DNA from: Tricharina praecox
Taxonomy: Eukaryota
Length of the DNA: 64,000 nucleotides
Assembly: GCF_024521635.1 (NCBI RefSeq)
Contig: NW_026250416.1
Location: 186,001-250,000 of the forward strand
Reading direction: 5' to 3'
Under the pieces are notes generated by a model. That model was not told the DNA's origin. It was given only the letters and a program-made list of their open reading frames with translations, and did no database searches. This document shows positions 35,156 through 49,546 of this stretch, in pieces. Within the stretch, counting starts at the first letter, position 1; every line of letters starts with the position of its first letter. A program made the translations under genes and the position numbers.

Positions 35156-38100
35156 ATGGTCGAGACAGTCTATGGCGGTGGCAAAGGCGCGACGTCGACT
35201 CTGTTCGCCGAGGCCGAGAGATCTCTGCGCTCCCCGAGCCCGTCGCCATGGTCCGCAACATCCCCGCCACCGAACGAAGGACCTGCGCGCCCATCCATCG
35301 TGATGGACGCGACAATTTTGGTTGCGATGCATGACTTCGAGGCTCGCTCGCCAGACGAGTTGACCCTTCACAAGGGCGAACAGATAGAAGTGATCGAGCG
35401 CGACGGTAGGCGACCCAGCAGCACCAGCAGCATTCCTAGGCGGTACGACAGATTTATTTCTAACACTACGTTTCACAGAGGAATTTAATGACGGCTGGTA
35501 CATGGTCAGTAACAATTTCTTTCTCTTGTTCTTTTTTTCTCTCTCTTTTCGCTTTGACGTGGCAGCGATGCGGGTGATGGCGGTGATGGGCCGAAGACAT
35601 GGCAGCTGTCCCCCCTCTCGTTGGTTGGCAGCTCATTCCCGAGCTTTGTGCCCCCCTGTTTTGGGCGACCACCAGCGGCGCCACTACGAATGAGCAGCAA
35701 TTCATAAAGATGATGCTTTCCACTCGATTTGCTGCCTGCGATTTTCTCGAAAATAGAGTGTATATCCAAGAGTGTAGCTTGTGGTTAACATGCTGTTTCA
35801 TCGTGTAGGGTCGATCACTCGCAACCAACGAAACGGGACTGTTTCCCCAAGGTGAGCGACGACGCTACCATTCCCTCCTCAATCCCATCCGGATAAGCGC
35901 TCCGTTCTCGCTTCCTCGGGCGAAGAAGGGAGGCAAGAAAGTCGCATACACAAAGGAGACAAGCCAGGAGAGGAGAGAAAGGGAGCTCCTACGCAATCGG
36001 TCGTTAATGCTAACTGCAGCGGGGATCGTACTTAGTCTACACCACGAACCCTGATACCACCGTCATGCACGCCTCTCCGGCAATTTCCACGTCGTCGTCG
36101 GGGGCACCCTCCTCCAACACGATCGAGGAGCAGCCAACTTCTCCGCCGACTGTTACCCCTGCCGCACTGCAACCACCCAAATCTGCCCTTCCCGACCTCC
36201 AAGAGTCGCACCCATCTGCTTCTTCGTACTGCGACGCGCACCCCCCCTCTCCAGCGCATTCTGCCGATGGTGCGCCGACTAGCGAAACTCCTACCCCGCC
36301 ATTGACTGTCGAGAAAGGACGGTCCACACCATCACCGAAGAGAGCGTCATCAATCGGACTGAACGGCAAGAGTCCCGACGAGAACGCGACAAACTTTCCA
36401 CAGGGGCTACGGAGTCCTGTAGTCGAAGACACTTTGAGCGACATCGAGGAGGCGCTTTCTGAAATCACTCAGAATCGCCGCCACCGTGCCAACAAGGCGA
36501 TACGAGACCACAATCGCCGACACAGCGCAAGCATGCCTCCCCCAGGCCCCGACACCCGCCTTCCTCACGCTTCCGAGATGCTGGCCGATTCATCGTCCGA
36601 ATACTCGAATCATGATCCGTCAGTGGACGTCTTTAGCTCGGACGACGACCACGACGAGCCACTGGACTTGCCCTTCGCAAATGCGGACGAAGTTCCATAT
36701 ACAAAGTTAGATGTCATGAAGTGGTCACCTGCCGATGTTTCCCAGTATCTACAGAGTCGGCAGATTCCTCCGGCTTCCTGCAGGCGATTCGAGGAGGAGG
36801 AAGTGACAGGCGCAATTCTGCTGCAATTGGAAATGTCTCATCTGAAGGATGAATTGAAGCTGGGCAGTTTTGGCAAACGGTTCGAAGTGTGGAAGGAAAT
36901 CGAGCATCTGGTCAAGAATCTCAGACAACCAGCCACAAAACCCCGAAGCGGAAGCGATGCTGCAGCTCGGCTTTCTACAGTAGGTTTCACAGGCCACAAC
37001 CGGCAACGCAGCAGTACGGTTGGGACGACCGCGTTGCCCCAGGTCCGCAATCAACCCAGTCGCCCCCTGTCTCGGCAACACCAGCAGCAGTACCAGATCA
37101 ACGTCCAGGAAGCCAACACTTACGAATCGGGGGCCTCGTCCTTAAAGACACCCGTTACCTCGTCCGCCACCATCCCATCCGAGGTGTCCTCCCCCACCTC
37201 CCCCATCTCAGGCATCTGGGAGAAACCGCGGTCACCGCCTCTTTCTCCTCCACAGGTAGCCAAGATGAACAGCATCAGCATCATTGCGCCCTCCCCCTCT
37301 CCCTCACAGAAGCGACTTTCAGCCCAAACGTCACCGTCTACAGGACTGAACGTCGCCATGTCAGCAAGCGCAGCCGTGCTCACCGCTGGTGGGATCGACA
37401 ACCACTCCCATCGGCGAGAGTCTTCATTCGACAAGAGCTGGTTGGGCAGTCTGGTAACCGGACCGCCGCGGCCGGCCACAGCTACCGGCATGCGCGAGCA
37501 AAAGAAGCATAAGACTCCCCCGAGCGTGGTTACAAGAGATAGTGTTATCACTGGCGACGGTGGCGTGGAATTGACGGAATCGCCTGTGCATATGACGACG
37601 GAGCGGAGTTACTTTTCCAGCGGTGAAGCGACAAAGGAACGGAAGGTATTGCATAAGAAGAATACCGTCAGCTCCCAGAGCTCCGCTGATGGACAGACCA
37701 AGCCAGCGAAGGGAAATACGTCTACTCGCCGACACTCTAGGATCGCTAGTGCCGGTGCTGAGGCAATACGGAGAACTTCCGCATCGACACTGTCGGCGCT
37801 GTCATATCACAAGAGTGGAAAAGAGAGGAAGAGGAAGAGCAGGTCGTTCAGTGGTGACGTGGGACTTTCGGACTATGAGCTCGAAGACGCGAGCACGATT
37901 AGCCGAGCGGTATCGCCTGCGACGTTCGCTGCTGTGCCATATGTTAGTCGCTCTCTGACGAACTCCGTCAGAGTCAGATCCACGATCGTTGAGAACACCA
38001 CTCCCCCGGTCTCTCCAGGCAGAACAAGTACAAGCACAGGCGACGGATCAACTCCTTCCCTGACTGTTACGATGGACGGCGATGCAGCCCCAGATGTACC

Positions 38101-39151
38101 CGCGAAGGCGGAGCGTCAGAACTCAAAGAAGGTCAAGGACAAGAAGATCCGCACAGTCTCCTCGGGCTCGGAGCTTCGAAACAAATCGAAGAAGCAGACG
38201 ACAGCCTTCCAAAAGGGATTGCGGGAGATTACTCCGGCAGAGGCAGCGAAGAATGGTGATTACAGCGGATGGATGAAGAAGCGTGGATCCAGCGGGGTAG
38301 GAGCGTGGAAGTCCCGCTTTTTTGTGCTCAATGGGCGTCGGCTCTCCTACTTCTACTCGCTTAATGATAAGGTGGAGCAAGGACTGATCGACATCACTTC
38401 ACACAAGGTGTTGTCGGCTACCGATGATCGTTTGGTCGGTCTTCACGCAGCCATCGCAGCCGTCGCGAGTCCTGTCGCAAGTCCGCGCGCTGCTGGTGGC
38501 TCGCCGTTATCGCCGGGCGCCGGTACTCCGGTCTCGCCTGGAACTCCAGCAAAGGAAGACTCACCCAACCCCGCCAAGAAGAAGGAAAAGGACCAGGGCT
38601 GGTTCACGTTCAAACTTGTACCGCCTGCGCCCGGCGCCGCAAAGGGTGTCACCTTTACGCAGCCCCGCCTCCACTACTTCGCCACCGACACGCGTGATGA
38701 GGGCAAAAAGTGGATGGCGGCAATGATGAAGGCTACTATTGACCGCGACGAGACGAAACCGGTCATCACCAGCTACAACGCCAAGACGATCTCGCTTAGC
38801 AAAGCCCGTGCGTTGCGAGCTAGACCCCCGGATCTGTCGAGTAAGGAGGAGGGATTGGGCATCGCGTTGGACTCGTTGGGCATTTCCGTTACGGATATCG
38901 GCGAGGAGGCGGATGTCGAGGATGAGGAGGCGGGTGGAGCGAGCATCAAAAGCATCCCCGAAGAACCGGAATCGGAGATCAAGGAAGACACCGCCACTAC
39001 TTCGACCACCAGCACCTCCGTCATCGAAGGGAGTGAGCTGAGTGAACACGCCGTGATCGACCATTCAATGTTCGAGCAGCCGAATGTCTCGCAGGACGGA
39101 AAGCCCGCCGCCGGCATACTACAGGTACAGGCCATTGGGATTGTAGGATAG
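35156..39151 (+). CDS. Polarity scaffold Boi1/Boi2/Pob1 (SH3-SAM-PH)
   Basis: SH3 split over exons (LVAMHDFEARSPDELTLHKGEQIEVIERD-EEFNDGWYM-GRSLATNETGLFPQ-VYT), SAM (WSPADVSQYL...EEVTGAILLQL...GSFGKRF) and PH (YSGWMKKR...WKSRFFVLNGRRLSYF). Exons 35156-35405, 35479-35504, 35809-35851, 36036-39151. Confidence 0.92.
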
Positions 39152-42100
39152 ATCATAGATCGATCTTCATAGCTAGGGGTTGTCTTTGGCTTTGTCATTT
39201 GCCTTTCTTCTCAATCGTTGCTTGCTTTCCTTCCCTTCTTCGCGGCATGGAACTGGGTTTCTCATCATCGTTTTTTTTACATTTCGTCTGTACATTTTTT
39301 TTTCTTCTTTTCCATCTTTCTTGCTTACTTTGATACCCTCGACTCGACACAATCGCATGCCTTTAGTTTAAGTACCTAATATTTGCCTTCTTACGCGCGT
39401 CTTGCTTTTTTTCTTCTTCTTTTTCTGTTTTCTTTTTTCTTTTCCGCTTGCTTTTCCGCTTGCTTGCTTTTCGTTTCCTTTAGCTGGGCTGGGCTGGGCT
39501 GGGCTGGGTGGGGAGGTTGTCTGTTTGGGTTTGGTGTCTTCTTTTACTTTACTTCTTGTGGGCGGATGGAACGGGAATCGGGGTACTGGTACGGGGTGCG
39601 TGATGGAATGACGCGGGATGGGATGGGGCGGAACGGCGGGATGGGATGGGATCAATGACTTGATATGATCTTATGCGTCTGACTGGGTGGGTTGATGGTG
39701 GGAGGATGGTGGATATCGATAACCTTTTGGATTTACTATGGATGACATAGGGTGGTTTCCCTTTGCTGGAATGGCAATGTTTGTACACGAGCACAAGCAC
39801 AAATGGGCATGGCTATCAGATCAGTTAGCTGGTACTTTATGTACTTGGCTACTGAACTTATTTCTTCCTTCAACCGCGAATTTGGGTTGGCTGTTAGCTG
39901 TTGGCTGTTGGCGAGACATGGAGGTGGGACATAGAGGTGGATGAATTCACCGGCCCGTCGGTGCGATGTCCTACCCACCTACCTCATAGTACCCATATAA
40001 CCGCCCGGTATGAACTATGAACTTATGCTACTCCGGCCCCATTAAAGCGGGTACCTACTATAGTACCCGCGCCTGCTCCAGTGGAGCCTGGGTTTGCGAG
40101 AAACGATTTGAGTTTTGGGGCTTGGGGCGGGAAGATTGAAGAGCGAGATTGATGGCCCGTCAGGACAGGATACGAGATATAGACTATAGTGCCTGTAGTA
40201 TCATCGTTTTGTCTTGCGATATCTCCGTGCCCGGTGCGGAGTGGGGAGTGGGCGGGAGAGGGGCGGAGTGGGGGAGGGAGGGGAGGAGGGGTTGGGAGGT
40301 GGCCAATCACTCGATCACTCGACACGACTCTGCTCCGGCCCCCGAGCCCCCCGAGCACGTAACGGGGGAGGGAGGCGGTGAGGGGGCGAGTGAGCGAAGT
40401 AGTGAGCGAGCGGAGTGAGTGAGACGGCAGTGAGAGCATGCCGGGGATGGGAATGGAGGGGGGTAAATAGCGGCTGATGGCTACATCCTACCCAGGTTGC
40501 CCAGTCCGAACCACAGTCGTGACCGGGCCTGCGCTGGCAGCTAGCAGCCTGGCACGGCGGGGAACTTGGGAAAGCAGCATAGCACAATCGCGGTGGTCAT
40601 TGGCCATTGTTTATTGGCCACTCCACTACCACGGTCATGGGAGGGGAAGGGGAGAGGGGAGGGGGGGGCAGGATGGTAAGTGCCGGTGCCGGTGCTGGTG
40701 CTGGTGCAGGCTCTAAAGGCACACTGGCACCCCACCCACACACACGCACACACGCCGGATTGGGATGGGATTGTCGTTATCATCGTTTGGGAGCTGGGAG
40801 CGGGGTGATTGGCGAGAGCTTGGGGGTTGATGCCTACATATAGGGCTGGTAGTTTGGCTGGCTAGTTGACGGCGGTGGGTTGGCTGGGTTGACGGCGGCG
40901 GCGGTGTATGTGGATGTGTATGTGCAAGTGCAGCCTTGTCCAACCTGCGCAGTGCAGACGGAAGGATTAAGGACTAAGGGTGTGCCTCAACGAGGATGAT
41001 TACTATTCGTGGCTGGGAGGGAGTAGGTACTGTCTACTATCTACTATCGGTACATGCATAGCCTGCCTTGCATAGCTAGCCTGCCGAAACGTCACGACTC
41101 ACGAGCACTCGAGGTTACATGTGGGCTATGGGCTATGGGCTATGGGCTGTGGGCTGTGGATACAGATGGATACGCGGGCGGCGGAATGCACCCCACATAT
41201 ACATATACCGGCAGTGCGCACAGTACAACCTCGAATAATGCGAATTATGCAAACATGTGCCTGAGTGGTGCAGACGGACAGCCTCACTCCTGTCCTCTCC
41301 TCTAATTCCTCTCAAGGCAGCCCCCGCCCCCGCCCCAGAGTACCTACCTCCTACATATATAGCCAGCAAACAGGTGTGCGTACTTCTCTGACCGACCCTG
41401 ATCCCTTCGATGAACCCAACCGAACCGGACCAGGCTGGCTGGCTAGCTGGCTGGCTAGCGAATGTTGATTCGTGCTTTGTGTGCTTTTTCCTGCCCACGT
41501 CGACTGAGTGCGCACAGTTCGGTCAGTCAGATTTCGGTCCGCCAACCAACCAACCGGGAGTGCAGTTGGGGGGGTGTGACTTGGTGGTGGTTTCGGGTAT
41601 ACATAGCAGCAGGTGGACCCAGGACATCGCACAACCTCGCTGGATGGATGGATGGATGGATGGATGGGTCGGGTAGATATCCACTCCTATGGTAGATTTA
41701 TACCCGGCAGTCAACGCCCCCTCCAGCCAGCCAGCAAACCGAACATCGAACACCAGCCCCCATGCCGCCATCTCCAGTTTGCTTTGCGCTCGCCAGTAGT
41801 CAGATAGTCAGGTACATTGCCCATCAGAACCGACTGGCCAGCGCACAACGGCGTCCCGCAGCGAGCCTCAGGTTCGCAACCAGTGACCACATACATATAC
41901 CGATACACCGATACCTAGCCCGACCCGACCAGACCAGACACGACCAGTGAGTGCCGTGCTGTGCCATGCTAACTATGCTATTCCGTGTCATGCTAGCTAG
42001 AGTATGCCATGACCTGACATCTCGATCGGCTGGCCGAGGATGATAAACGTGGTCTGAAACCCGGTGCGTTGTTGCTTGATACCTTGTGTGTAGTTGCTAC

Positions 42101-42661
42101 GGTAGTTGCCAGCACGGCGGTGGAGGAGGACTCAGGAGGCAAGGCAAGGCGGGACGAGACAAGGCAAGGCAAGGTACGCTCCTTCCTCCTCCTCCTCCTC
42201 CTCTCCCCTTGCTTCGTTCCTTCCACCCTTCGTTCCTTCGTTCCTTTCGCCTGCGCCGCGTCATACATGGCGTATACCGGCCCACTAGGTCGTTACTCTA
42301 GTTAGCGGGAGCGTACTAAGCGCACAAGAGTGCAGTGGCGACAGTGGCGACACTGGCGACATGACACGGAAGCGCTGCCGCATGACCATATGGCATGTAT
42401 ATAGACGTTTGTTGCCGCCACGATATGTAGGATGTGGGTGGGGTTTCTGCGAGAAAGGCTGGCTATGTACCTGGGCTACCTGTCCTGAACGAGACCCGAA
42501 CGAGATGTGGTTCGTTGTCAGTTGTCTTGATTCTGCAGTGCGGGGGGCTCCTAGAGTACGTTAGAGTAGGTACCGGCCGGAACATAAACTTCATCGCTGT
42601 ATGATAGGTACCTCCGTCCCTAATCCCGGATCTCTGTGCTGCTGCTGCTGCTGACCCGAGC

Positions 42662-42697
42662 CCTGAGGTCCTGAGGTCCTGAGGTCCTGAGGTCCTG
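42662..42697. repeat. (CCTGAGGT)n tandem repeat
   Basis: About 4.5 perfect 8-nt units. Confidence 0.85.
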
Positions 42698-44647
42698 TGA
42701 TAGCCAGGGGCACCGGGGTGTTGCAACTTGCAGACTTCCTCCCGCTGCAACCGGTATGAGATCGTCGAACGGTGGATGAGTAACCAACTAATCACTACTC
42801 TAGTGCACGCACATGTGTCGATGTGTCGTGTCGGAGTCTTCACCTCCTCCGGCCGGCAGCGGGACTCCCTCGTTCCGTTCCCGTCTTCGTTCCCGTCTCG
42901 TCTTCGGCTACGGCTACGGCCAACCATGTATTGTACTCTACTCTACTGTACGGCCGCCAACATGGGCCACGAGTTGTGTGCTACATAAAATTGTCGCGTG
43001 GCAGAAGTGCAGTCACATGGTCATGATGTTGTATGCCACACCACAAGCAAGACGAAGTGAAAGTGAAAGTGAAGTTTGTTTTGGTGCTACATAGAGCATG
43101 TAAAGTACATACGCGCGCGCGCAGTGAACTTGTGGGGTTTGCTCGCTGATGCCTAACGATGTTATGTACAGCCTGTCCAGAATCCGCCTCGAGCGTGCAT
43201 GAGCATGAGCAGCCATGAGGAGCCTGGAGGGATGCAGGTTGCAGTTGCAGGAATATATAGGTGGAGTATGTAGAATGTACTCTACTCTACACAGGTTGAC
43301 AGTCCGAAGCCCACCCACACACACATGTACTCTACACACGGAGGGAAGGATTTCGTCCCGTCCCCTTTGCCTTGTGTTTGTGTGTCCTTAACTATTGGCG
43401 GGAAGGAAGGAAATGGAGGGAAAATTGAAATGAGGGAAGTTTGAGCCCTGCGTAACTGCGTGTGCGCGCGAGGGTGAAGATGACTCACATTCTGGCGAGG
43501 GTTGATGGGCGAGGATCGATGGGTGGATGGGCGAGTCACCGGTGGATGCCTTTGTTCAGGCAAGGAATGCGGCTTTCCATAGCAAGGTTGACATCTATCT
43601 AGTACATAGCGTAAGATTTTTTTGATTGTCGATACGAGAGGCTCTTGCTCCGACTCGGGGCTGAAGGGGGAGTTGAAGCTTGAGCTTGGATGTAAGTGGC
43701 AGCTGGAGAGCTGGAGAGCTGGAGCTGGAGATTCACACATACTTTGCGAGGAGATTGCGTGAGGAATGAGTGGGCTGCATACAAACTTCTTGCTAAGCTA
43801 TATATGTTGGGGAGCTTGAGGTGAGCTGGGCTGCAGGCTTTTGCATTAGCCAGATTGTGCAGCGCGGATTCGAAAGCTCAGGCGCGTAGTGCGTCGCGGG
43901 TGGTGGGGCTTTGGAGGAGGGGGGGCATGTCGTGATATGGACGGGCGTGTAAAGTACTCTACTTGCGTAGCTATACCGTACACCATAGCGGGGGGAGTCG
44001 AGAGGACATATATGCGAGTGCTAGGGGTAGAGAAAGTGCATGCGTGTGGCGGCGTCTGGCGCGCAGACGCATCTACAAAGTGCCGTCGTCGAAGTGACGA
44101 ATCCATTAGCGATGGAGGGTGCTCGAGCGCTCGCGTCTAGATGGCGAAATATGTGATAATTGGGATGACGATGGTGCTGGTAGTGGTGATGTTGGTGTGA
44201 TGTTGGTGGTGTTTGACTGCTGAAGAATCCCAACGATGACTCCTGAGGTAAGACAACCGCTAGTTGCTGCCTCTCGGTACGAGGGTGTCTACAGCTGTGG
44301 ACTGCTGGCTGCTGCTGCTGCTGGTGCTTGTGTAATTACCATACACACGGCTCGTGCTGGGGAAATCCTCAACCGCCTTCTCTCTCGTTTCTCCCTCACT
44401 TCGCGATCTCCGGAGTGGCAAAGGAAACGGACAACACCGCGCCCGCGACCCAACGCCGCCAGTGCACACCTAGCACCCAGCTAAGGCAAGCAGCGATCAT
44501 CAAGTGCGTGCGTAAAGTCACGAAAGATAGTGCTCTGCATCGGATCTCCATTCGATCCCTGTCAGCAGCGGCGCAGCACAGACATTCTCCAAAAAAGGGA
44601 GAGGAGCTTGACATCGTCATATTAAGGTGCCGCCTCGCCTCGTCTGT

Positions 44648-44866
44648 GCTGCTGCTGCTGCTGCTGCTGCTGCTAACCTAACCCCCCCCCCCCCCCCCCC
44701 CCCCCCCGACCAGGTCCAGATCCAAACAGCGCGAGCCTCCTCCCTCACCACTTCTTGTTCCTCCGACACACCTTGAACTCTAACTCCTTCACTCCGGAGC
44801 CTACTCCTCAACAATACACCTCGCACTCTCGACCTCCCATTACCGCCCCCCCCCCCCCCCCCCCCC
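44648..44866. repeat. (GCT)n tract followed by two long poly-C runs upstream of the SNF2 gene
   Basis: GCT repeats at 44648-44674. Poly-C at 44682-44707 and 44846-44866. Confidence 0.85.
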
Positions 44867-45096
44867 GACGCCCACGAAACCACAAAACACTTCCCCCCCA
44901 AATCTCACCGCTTCTTAGAGAGCTATCCATCCGCACGGCTGAGCAACAACTCGACCGTCCAATCGTATTCTTCCGACCCGACGGCTCGCGAATCCCAACG
45001 CCACACGAACCTACCCGGCTCATAGTTCCCACCAACAAAGCTTCTGACGAATAGAGCACACTCCGACCGCGATCCGCCGTAGTCGCCACGTATAAA

Positions 45097-48000
45097 ATGG
45101 CCGCAGTGTCTCCGTGGACTGCCAACGTCAGTTGGACCAACACACTTACATTGGAGGAACTCGAAGCATACATAAACCTGCGAAAATCGAATGAGCTGCC
45201 CGTCCCATCCGAGGAAGACACCCCGGACGAAATCGAGCACCTAGAAACGTTATACCAGATGCGAAAGCAGGAGCAAGAGCAGCAGCAGCAGCAGGCACAG
45301 GTTCGGAATGGGTACGGTAGCAGCTACTACGATCCAGTGAGCGGTAACTACCACGAGCTTCCCGCTCCCCATCACAGTCGGGCGGGCTCGAGTACTAGTG
45401 ACGACTCGTTGCTCTTCAATGGAAACAGAAACGGGATGGGAACCGAGATGGGGAGCGGGAAGGGAAACAGGATGGGAAACGGACATGGGATGAATGGGAA
45501 TAGGACTGGAACTGGGAATGAGGTTGGAATTGTGAACGGGAATGGGAATGGAGTCAACGGACGGAAACGGCAGTGGGATGCACTGGATTTCGAGCAAGAT
45601 GATGGCCTGCAGTACGAGACGAAGTCGCCCAGGTACTCCCCAGGTCTGGTGGGGAGCCCCGCGAGGAACGGATTCATGCGGCAGGAGTAAGCCTCTTCTT
45701 CCTGGACTGTCTGATATCACATGCTGACCTCTGTGCTAGTGAGGCTGAGTTGAGGAGGCTTCCGGATCCATTCGGTGTTGAGACGCCGAACCGCTGGCAA
45801 ATGTATGTTCACGCCGACATGATACGAATCGCTTTAGGTCTCATCAAATGCTAATAAGATGTTTAGATCTTCGGATGAAGAGATGGCCCGTCGGCTGCAG
45901 AAGCAGTACGATGAAGGCATCTCTCCCACCGGCGCCGGCTCGAGCCCGTACCGACCGCCCGCGGATGTATGGCGTGCAGCATTGGAGCACACTCCTTCTC
46001 GGTATCCTCAACAACCTCGTAACTTCGTCGACCTAACGCTCGACTCTCCCAATCAACTGCTCGGGATGTCTGGTGGCGATTTCATGTATGATGGTGGTCC
46101 GGTGGTTATGAAAGAAGAGTATCGGGACGGCTACGGCTACGGGGACGGGGACGGCTACGAGGACGGGGACGGCTACGAGGAAGACTTCTTGGACGATATG
46201 GTAGGGTATGGCCCGGATGAAGACATGGATGATGAAGAACTCCTCGAATGGCCGGATAATCTGGGGTCATTCGAGGACCAAGCAGACCCATCCTACGTGG
46301 ACACGATGCGCTCACAGCTAATTGTCGACCCCTATGGAAGTGTCCTTAATGATGGCTGGGGAGTCCCAAGGATGTTGCCCGGTGCAGTTAGAAACTACGT
46401 TGATTACGTTTCGAACGATCCGACCAAAACCGCGGAGCAGCTCAAAAACCTGCTGGAGAATGTTCGTCCAGACATGGAAATCCCGAAGGAGCAACGCGAA
46501 GGAACTCCGGATGCGATGTACTATCCTCTGATGGAGCACCAGAGAGTAGGCTTGACGTGGTTAAAGAAGATGGAAGAAGGCAGAACCAAAGGTGGTATCC
46601 TGGCAGACGACATGGGTTTGGGGAAGACTATCCAGACACTTGCACTTCTCGTTTCTCGTCCGTCGGAAGACCCAAAGCGCAAGACAACTCTGATTGTCGC
46701 ACCCGTTGCGTTGCTGAAGCAGTGGGAACGAGAGATCAAGAAGAAACTAAAAAAGGACCATCGGCTCTCTGTCTTCATCTACCATGGAAGTGGCAAGAAG
46801 GTCAAATCCTTCTCCGATCTGACGAAGTACGATGGTAAGTGAATCATTCGTTTTTATCTCATGGCTGGGGAGTACGTGAAGCTGATTGATGGCAAAAGTT
46901 GTCTTGACAACCTTCGGAACGGTCGCGTCGGAATACAAGCGCAAGGAGACCCATAAACGTCTTGTAGCATCTGGACAGGCTCCCAGAGAGCTAGCACTCT
47001 TGCTCCTCGGTGATGAGTCTCGCTTCTACCGGATCGTCATCGATGAGGCCCAATGGATAAAGAACAAGGACACGCAGTCGTCGAAAGGGTGCTCGGATTT
47101 GAAGGCCACGTACCGACTCTGTTTGTCGGGAACTCCCATGCAAAACTCGTGTGACGAGTAAGATGCCCCCCCATGCTTTTGTCCATGTCATGGCTGATTA
47201 GGCTTCAGGTTATTCTCTCTGCTCCGGTTCCTCAGGATCAAACCGTACAGCGAGTGGTCGGAGTTCGCTGCAGTGGGTTCTCCGATAGCCCCCCCGTTCG
47301 TGTGGCCATTGCTGACACGTTTTGCAGACCTTCTCGCGTCCGCTCAAGGCCAAATCGAACAGTGCAGCTAGTCAGGCAATGGAGAAGCTGCAGGCTCTCC
47401 TAAAAATTGTTTTGCTTCGCAGAACCAAGTCTTCGATGATTGACGGCAAACCTATTCTCAGTCTCCCTCCCAAGGAAATTGAAATGGTTCACTCCGTCTT
47501 CTCCCCGGACGAACAGGCCTTCTACGATGCTTTGGAGAACAGGTCGAGGATAATCTTCAACAAGTATTTGAGGCAGGACGCTGTTGGACGGAATTACTCT
47601 AATCTCCTGGTTCTCCTCCTTCGCTTGAGACAGGCCTGTTGCCATCCACATCTGATTAACGATATCGAGGAGCCCAAAGGACCCGATGAGTTGACTCATA
47701 TGATGACATTGGTCGGCGAGCTCTCCATTGATGCGATCGATAGGATAAAGCAGTCGGAATCGTTGGAGTGCCCTGTCTGCCTCGATGTTTCGGAAAATCC
47801 GTCCATCGTCATTCCGTGCGGTCATCTCTTCTGCAAAGAATGCTTGCTCCAGGTTCAGAGCACCCATGAACAACATAATATGGAGCGAGGGGATGATAGC
47901 TCCAAGCTTAGGTGCCCGGGATGTCGTGGAGAGTTGGACATGAAGAAGGTGACCGACCTCAACACTTTCAAGATGGTCCATCCTCCGGGTGGAACAGATG

Positions 48001-49005
48001 AGGTGTTTGAAGACGCCAAAAAGGAAGATGATCAGTTGATCTATGACTCCGACTCTGAGGAGGATGAGGATGAAAACGAAGACCCCAGCCTTGGTGGGTT
48101 TATCGTTAACGACGAAGACGAGCCTTTGGCCAAGGGAAAGGGGAAGAAGAAAGCGAAAGCGAAGCCCAAGGCTAAGAGTAAATCCAAGAAGTTCAGGGAC
48201 GACAAGGGCAAGGGAAAAGCCAAGAAGGGAAGAACTTTGGCGGAGGTGCGGAAAGATGCCATGAGGAACGATAAGAGCAGGAAGATCTGTATGTCGAATC
48301 TGGACCCACCGTGTGCGAACTTATGCTGACAGTCAATAGACCACAAGTACCTGGAGAAGCGCTGGGTCGACAGTGCCAAAATCTCGAAGTGTGTGGAAAT
48401 CATCGAGGATATTCGCGTCAACCGCTCGGAGGAGAAGACCATTGTGTTCAGCCAGTTTACCTCGCTTCTCGATCTCCTCGAGATTCCTATTTCTAGGAAG
48501 GGCATCAGCTACCGCAGGTACGATGGAGGAATGTCCTCGGCGAAACGCAATCAGTCCCTCATGGACTTCCAGGACGACCCAGACATCAAGGTGCTCCTTG
48601 TGAGTCTGAAGGCCGGAAACTCCGGTCTCAACCTGGTCGCCGCTTCTCAAGTGATCATCTTCGGTATTCATCTCCTTCTATATTTGTTGGTTCCCTCTCT
48701 AATCATCATTAGATCCTTTCTACAACCCCTACATTGAGCTTCAAGCTATCGATCGCGCTCATCGCATCGGACAGCAGCGCGCCGTCATGGTCCACAGACT
48801 CGTTGTTGCTGGAACCGTCGAAGATCGTGTTCTCGAGCTTCAGCAGAAAAAGAAGATGTTGATTGAAGGAGCCCTAGATGAGAATGCTCAGCGCGGTCTT
48901 GGAAGACTGACGGCCAGAGACCTCGGATTCCTTTTCGTAAGTTTTCCCCACTTGTGCCGTGAATTTTATGTACTGATTTGTTGCTAGGGAATCGGCAAGG
49001 ACTAG
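45097..49005 (+). CDS. SNF2-family helicase with inserted RING finger (Uls1/Ris1/Rrp1-2-like, Rad5/16 group)
   Basis: GGILADDMGLGKT, RIVIDEAQ, LSGTPMQN, LLRLRQACCH, RING (CPVCLD...CGHLFCKEC...CPGCR), FSQFT, SLKAGNSGLNL, QAIDRAHRIGQ, and an N-terminal SIM-like FVDLT. Nine exons join in frame, ending GIGKD*. Confidence 0.9.
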
Positions 49006-49546
49006 GGATACACCATTTACGGTTCAATCTAACGACTCTTACGAACTGATGATACCCAGGCAAACTCTTCTCTTTTTTTGTTTCTTAACCGTTGGGGATC
49101 GGCTTCAACTGGTAATTTCTTTTGTTTTCTTTTCTTTTTGTCTTCGGGATGGCGGCGAATAGATGGTATACACGGGTGACACTTCTTACACGGCGTTTTG
49201 GAGGAACTACATACTTGGGTTTGGTCTGTTTTGGGGGAAAGGGGGGCTTGAGGGATTCACACCTCGTCCGGGAATTTTTCCATGGCTAGAGTAGACTAGA
49301 GAGTACATGGGGATTTGTGTTTGTTGTTTGTTTGTTGTTTGTTTTTCTGGGGGGATGATCCGGGACGGATGGAGTACTCATACGTGTGTGTTTGCGGTAT
49401 CTTAATCCCTCATCTCTCATCTCGGTATTACTACTACGTACTACTGCTACTGCTACTACAACTACTACTACTAGTTATATACTTAATTCGAAATCAACTT
49501 ATAGAATTGGGATTAGAGGCAAAGGTATAAAGACGAGGTATGAGAT

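Noticed and set aside
27247..49005. SUMO-pathway cluster (SP-RING E3 plus Uls1-like STUbL)
   Set aside because: The genes are about 14 kb apart with an unrelated gene between them. Co-location is plausibly chance.
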